Below are positions 59,979-64,000 of a stretch of 64,000 nt of DNA, one piece after another. The notes under the pieces were generated by a model. It searched no databases. It was not told the origin of the DNA and saw only the letters and a program-made list of their open reading frames with translations. Source of the DNA: Rhodospirillales bacterium (GTDB taxonomy: Bacteria; Pseudomonadota; Alphaproteobacteria; SMXQ01); NCBI GenBank assembly GCA_018666775.1, contig JABIXC010000011.1, forward strand, positions 12,881 to 76,880, written 5' to 3'. Numbering within the stretch: position 1 is the stretch's first letter; every line of letters begins with the position of its first letter. A program made the translations under genes and the position numbers.

Positions 59979-61223
59979 TCAGGAATGCTCCGCTTCTAGG
60001 GCGGCCGTCATGGTGGATCGGCGTGAAAGGGTGCTGAACCACATAACAAGGCAGATGCCCCCCGCCACCGCAAAAGTGAGCCGAAGCCCAAGACATTCAG
60101 CAAGAAGCCCGGTGCCAAGGGCACCAAGGGCCGGGGTGCCGCGATAGATCAGGGTATAGAGCCCCATCACCCGCCCCCGTTTTGAATCGTCCACCGCATA
60201 TTGCACCAATGCCTGGGTGCCCGTAGACATGGCATTGAGGGAAAACCCTGAAAATACGGCAAAAATAATGGCCACCCATAAGTAATTGGTGGCAACAAGG
60301 CCCAAGGTTGAAAGGCTGAGTCCTAAGAATCCAAAAAGCACCATTGATGTCAAACCACTGACGCGCCCGCGCAGGGCAATCCAGGTGGCGCTCATGGTAG
60401 CACCTACCCCCATGCCTGATGTCAACCATGCCAAGCCCACGGCACCACTATCAAACACGGCACCAGCGAAGCCCGGCAGCATGTCCTGAACCGGGCGGAT
60501 AAAAACCGAAATCAATGTCATAAAAAACAAAATGGGGCCGATGCCTGCATGGTTTCGCACATAAGAAAAGCTTTCGCCGACATCGCGCAAAATATTGCGA
60601 CCGGCCTTCTTTTCTCGCACCGGCGGCTCAAGATCCATAAAAAACATGGACCCCAGAAAAATCAAATTACCAACCACATTTGCAGCAAAGGTGCCGCCAA
60701 CCCCCACCTGCAAGATAACGATCCCGGCGATTGCCGGCCCAATGAAACGCGATGCATTGAACAGGGCCGAATCTACGGCAACGGCGGTGGCAAATTCCGC
60801 TCTTGGCACGGTTGCAGGCACAATGGCATGACGCGCCGTGGATGCCAGGGTATGGGTCAACCCCAGAAACAGGGTCAGGCCAAACAGGATTCCAATGTTC
60901 ATCCAGCCAGCAAACAGAAATACCGCCAGCGCCAAGGCGTGAAGGACGGATAAAACCTGGGTAATTTTTTGCAAGGTCAGCGGGATATAGCGATCTGTCA
61001 TGGCACCGGCAATGGGTGCCAATAGCAGCATGGGCATCAGGTCAGCCGCCGCAATGACGCCAAGCCATGTTGGCGATTTGGTCATTTCCCATGCCAACCA
61101 GCCAACCCCCACCCGCTGCATCCAGATGGTGATCAGGTTCGGGGTCATGCCCCCCATATAGAGCGCATAATTTCGGTGGGCAAAAACCCGGGTGATCGGC
61201 GTGAACCAACTGGAAGCGGCCAT
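59979..61223 (-). CDS. MFS transporter
   Basis: A 414 aa protein with 12 predicted transmembrane helices and the MFS motif between TM2 and TM3. Confidence 0.85.
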   Translation of the reverse strand: MAASSWFTPITRVFAHRNYALYMGGMTPNLITIWMQRVGVGWLAWEMTKSPTWLGVIAAADLMPMLLLAPIAGAMTDRYIPLTLQKITQVLSVLHALALAVFLFAGWMNIGILFGLTLFLGLTHTLASTARHAIVPATVPRAEFATAVAVDSALFNASRFIGPAIAGIVILQVGVGGTFAANVVGNLIFLGSMFFMDLEPPVREKKAGRNILRDVGESFSYVRNHAGIGPILFFMTLISVFIRPVQDMLPGFAGAVFDSGAVGLAWLTSGMGVGATMSATWIALRGRVSGLTSMVLFGFLGLSLSTLGLVATNYLWVAIIFAVFSGFSLNAMSTGTQALVQYAVDDSKRGRVMGLYTLIYRGTPALGALGTGLLAECLGLRLTFAVAGGICLVMWFSTLSRRSTMTAALEAEHS

Positions 61224-61384
61224 ACAGTCTTATGAAACCTGATTTTTAAATTGAGAGCCCTCTATTAGCACGGTTTGGGGCCTTTACAAGAATCACTCTC
61301 AATTCAAAGCTGTCCTCATGGGTGACACAGGGTCCCTGGTCGCGATAGAATGGCCGGAAAGCACCAAGTAACCGGGAGAACGCT

Positions 61385-62437
61385 ATGGGCTGCGTAGATG
61401 CAGACGCACACGTTATTGAATCGCCATTGACCTGGGATTTCATAGCCGAAGAAGACAAAGCACACACCCCCTTGATGGTCGTCCAGACAGAAGGGCGTGA
61501 GGTCAAGAGCAACGAAGGCGGGACGTCCAAGGAATACTGGCTGATGGACAACCGTTTCCACGCCAAAGACAAGAACGTTGGCTCTGATACATCAATCGAA
61601 TCCCGCGAACTCAGCGATATCGGCGCACGCATTGCGCATATGGATGAATTGGGCATTGATATTCAGGTCTTATATCCCACGCTATTTCTGCGTCCCGCTG
61701 TTCGCACGGCCGCCGCTGAATTGGCCGTGACCAAAGGCTATAACCGCTGGCTTGCCAGCATTTGGAAACATGCCCCAAAGCGTCTACCCTGGGTCGCCAT
61801 GCCACCCTTGATGTCACCCGATAAAATTCGCGACGAATTGACGTGGGCCAAAGACAATGGGGCCTGCGGCGTTTTCATGCGCGGCCTTGAATGCGACCGC
61901 ACCGTGGCGGATCCCTTTTTCTTTCCGCTGTATGAAGCGGCCAGTGAACTGGATTTAGCCATCTGTTTTCATTCGGGAAACAATTCCATTATCCACCATG
62001 ATTTTTTCCTGGAAGACACCACCTTCACCAAATTCAAACTGGCCGTGGTGGGGGCATTTCATTCCCTTTTGGAAAAAGACATCCCCGGAAAATTCCCCGA
62101 CCTGCGTTGGGGCTTTGTTGAAATCAGCGCCCAGTGGGTGCCCTATGTCTGTCATGATCTGCGCTATCGTTTCATGCGCCTTGGCCGTCGTATGCCCGAA
62201 AATCTTTTGGAAGCAAACAAAATTTTTGTCGCCTGCGAAGTGACCGATGACATTCCCTATATCCTGAAATATGCAGGCGATGATCAATTGATGGTCGGCA
62301 CCGATTATGGACATCACGACCCATCGGCAGAAATCAACGCCTTCACCATTATGCGCAACCGCGAAGATGTGGCGCCCGATGTAATGACCAAAATTCTGGA
62401 AACCAATGCACGGACGCTTTACGGGCTTGACGGATAA
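61385..62437 (+). CDS. amidohydrolase-2 family protein (PF04909), paralog D
   Basis: VDADAHVIESPLT, MDELGIDIQVLYPTLFLR and VGTDYGHHDPSAEI. Confidence 0.85.
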   Translation: MGCVDADAHVIESPLTWDFIAEEDKAHTPLMVVQTEGREVKSNEGGTSKEYWLMDNRFHAKDKNVGSDTSIESRELSDIGARIAHMDELGIDIQVLYPTLFLRPAVRTAAAELAVTKGYNRWLASIWKHAPKRLPWVAMPPLMSPDKIRDELTWAKDNGACGVFMRGLECDRTVADPFFFPLYEAASELDLAICFHSGNNSIIHHDFFLEDTTFTKFKLAVVGAFHSLLEKDIPGKFPDLRWGFVEISAQWVPYVCHDLRYRFMRLGRRMPENLLEANKIFVACEVTDDIPYILKYAGDDQLMVGTDYGHHDPSAEINAFTIMRNREDVAPDVMTKILETNARTLYGLDG

Positions 62438-62474
62438 AAACACAAATCAAAAATGAAACACCGGGGAGAAAACC

Positions 62475-63296
62475 ATGACCGATATCAATTCGGGAAATCT
62501 TGACGCTGCCATCGAAGAAGGTGGCCAGACCATCAAACGGGATTTTCTAAAACCAAAAGACACCATGGTTGTCACCGGCTGTGCCCGTGGCTTTGGCCGC
62601 GCCATTGCGCTGCGGCTGGCGCGCGAAGGGGCCAATTTGGCGGTTTGGGATGTGATCGATGATGAAGGCGAAGAAATCGCCACGTTATGCCGGGATTTAG
62701 GCGTGGAAGCAGAATTCTTCCACTGCGATATGGGCGATATTGACGACATCCAAAAGGCCGCTGCCCAAACCCTTAAACGGTTTGGAACGGTTTATGGGGT
62801 GGTCAACAATGCCGGGATCAACCCCCGCGAATCGGTCATGGACCTGAAGCCTGAAACCTGGGACCGCACCCTGAATATCAATCTGCGCGGCACTGTTTTT
62901 TGTTCCCAAGCCTTTGCCCCCCAAATGATGACAGAAAACCGGGGTGCCATCATCAATCTGGCATCAGGGCGCGCCATCGAAGCAACGCCCAATGGCATCC
63001 ATTATGCCGCATCCAAGGCAGGCATCGTTTCCGCCACCAAAACCATGGCCGCTGAATGGGGCCCGGTTATTCGCGTCAATGCCATCATCCCCGCTGCTTC
63101 AGAAACCCGCCAGCCGCTGGAGGCCGCAGGGGTTACCCTTGAAGCCCTGCGCGAACGGGGCCGATCCACGCCCATGGGCAGGGTTGGCCATCCCGATGAT
63201 ATCGCTGGCATGGTGGTGCTTTTGCTTTCCAAAGACGCGGGCTTTATCACCGGACAGGCCATCGCCTGCAACGGCGGAAGGATTATGTTGCCCTAA
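62475..63296 (+). CDS. SDR-family oxidoreductase
   Basis: TGCARGFG cofactor motif, NNAG, and the catalytic YAASK. Confidence 0.85.
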   Translation: MTDINSGNLDAAIEEGGQTIKRDFLKPKDTMVVTGCARGFGRAIALRLAREGANLAVWDVIDDEGEEIATLCRDLGVEAEFFHCDMGDIDDIQKAAAQTLKRFGTVYGVVNNAGINPRESVMDLKPETWDRTLNINLRGTVFCSQAFAPQMMTENRGAIINLASGRAIEATPNGIHYAASKAGIVSATKTMAAEWGPVIRVNAIIPAASETRQPLEAAGVTLEALRERGRSTPMGRVGHPDDIAGMVVLLLSKDAGFITGQAIACNGGRIMLP

Positions 63297-63350
63297 GGCC
63301 CTGACAGGGCACGGACAAACAAATCCTAACAGGAGACAGGAGACAGAAAC

Positions 63351-64000
63351 ATGCAATATCGTGACATTGGGGGCGCGGATAAACTGACGGTTTCCGCCAT
63401 TGGCATGGGTGGACGACGGTTGTCAGATGCCTACACCGAAACCAAGGATGATGAAACCAAGGCCCAAGCCGTTGTCGATCGGGCCATTGATATGGGCCTG
63501 ACCTTGATCGATACCGCCGATGTGTATGGGGCAACCGCCAACGAAACCCTTTTTGGCAAATTGTTAAAAGGCAAACGCGACAAGGTGGTTCTGTCATCCA
63601 AGTTTGGCTTCATCACCAAACCCGATGGCAATCGTGGCGTTTCTGGGCATCCCGATTATGCCATAGAGGCGTGCGAAAAAAGTCTGCAGCGTCTTCAGAC
63701 CGATTGTCTGGATCTTTATTACCTCCATCGGGTTGATCCCGATGTCCCGATCGAAGACACCGTCGGGGCCATGACCAGATTAAAAGAACAGGGGAAAATT
63801 CTCCATATCGGCCTGTCCGAAGCGGGGCCTGAAACGCTCAAACGTGCATCCAAAATTCACCCCATCACGGCCCTGCAAAGTGAATATTCCTTGTGGGTTC
63901 GCGATTATGAAGCCGACACCCTTCCCGCCTGTCATGATTTGGGAATTGGGTTTGTTGCCTATTATCCATTGGGCATGGGCTTTTTCGCAGGGGCCATTCG
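63351..64000 (+). CDS. aldo/keto reductase; the 3' end lies outside the window
   Basis: IDTADVYG, LDLYYLHRVD and IGLSE motifs. The frame is open to the window edge. Confidence 0.85.
   Translation, partial: MQYRDIGGADKLTVSAIGMGGRRLSDAYTETKDDETKAQAVVDRAIDMGLTLIDTADVYGATANETLFGKLLKGKRDKVVLSSKFGFITKPDGNRGVSGHPDYAIEACEKSLQRLQTDCLDLYYLHRVDPDVPIEDTVGAMTRLKEQGKILHIGLSEAGPETLKRASKIHPITALQSEYSLWVRDYEADTLPACHDLGIGFVAYYPLGMGFFAGAI

Overview
This 64 kb window looks like chromosome from an alphaproteobacterium at roughly 55-58% GC. It is gene-dense with about 70 protein genes, carries three tRNAs (Phe-GAA, Thr-GGT, Pro-CGG), and shows no integrase, transposase, phage gene or CRISPR array.

The housekeeping backbone includes a partial Sua5 gene at the 5' edge, gluQ, the maf-rng-yacG block, infA, hisD-hisG, a DUF2948 gene next to murA, dcd, and dxs lying between the squalene-pathway genes hpnC and hpnD. 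It also includes pyrC, two LPS-type glycosyltransferases, ygfZ, glyQ-glyS, a TrmN6-like methyltransferase with a DUF2007 partner, an ispB-like polyprenyl synthase, apt and a TAXI-TRAP transporter.

Accessory content is richer than usual. There are four PF04909 amidohydrolase-2 paralogs, three of them close copies. Each is embedded in a different small catabolic module, including an enolase / ADP-forming acyl-CoA synthetase / cupin / VOC / CoA-transferase / thiolase-DUF35 island at 50.2-58.9 kb.

A solute-binding protein, histidine kinase and response regulator form a three-gene sensing unit at 44.5-47.7 kb. A cytochrome c, a His-rich hypothetical and a cytochrome P460-like haem protein cluster at 37.3-39.8 kb.

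The P460-like gene is the most unusual object in the window. It carries an N-terminal array of 18-bp tandem repeats encoding a Cys-rich (NPCAAK)n peptide fused to a P460-type C-terminal domain.

Other oddities are an A8 homopolymer that breaks a membrane-protein gene, a (QQLG)n coding repeat in the sensor-associated binding protein, and an AT-rich intergenic island with ACGCGTAC palindromes. Several perfect palindromes or terminator hairpins are also present, and the hpnC-dxs-hpnD arrangement has no hpnE in view.
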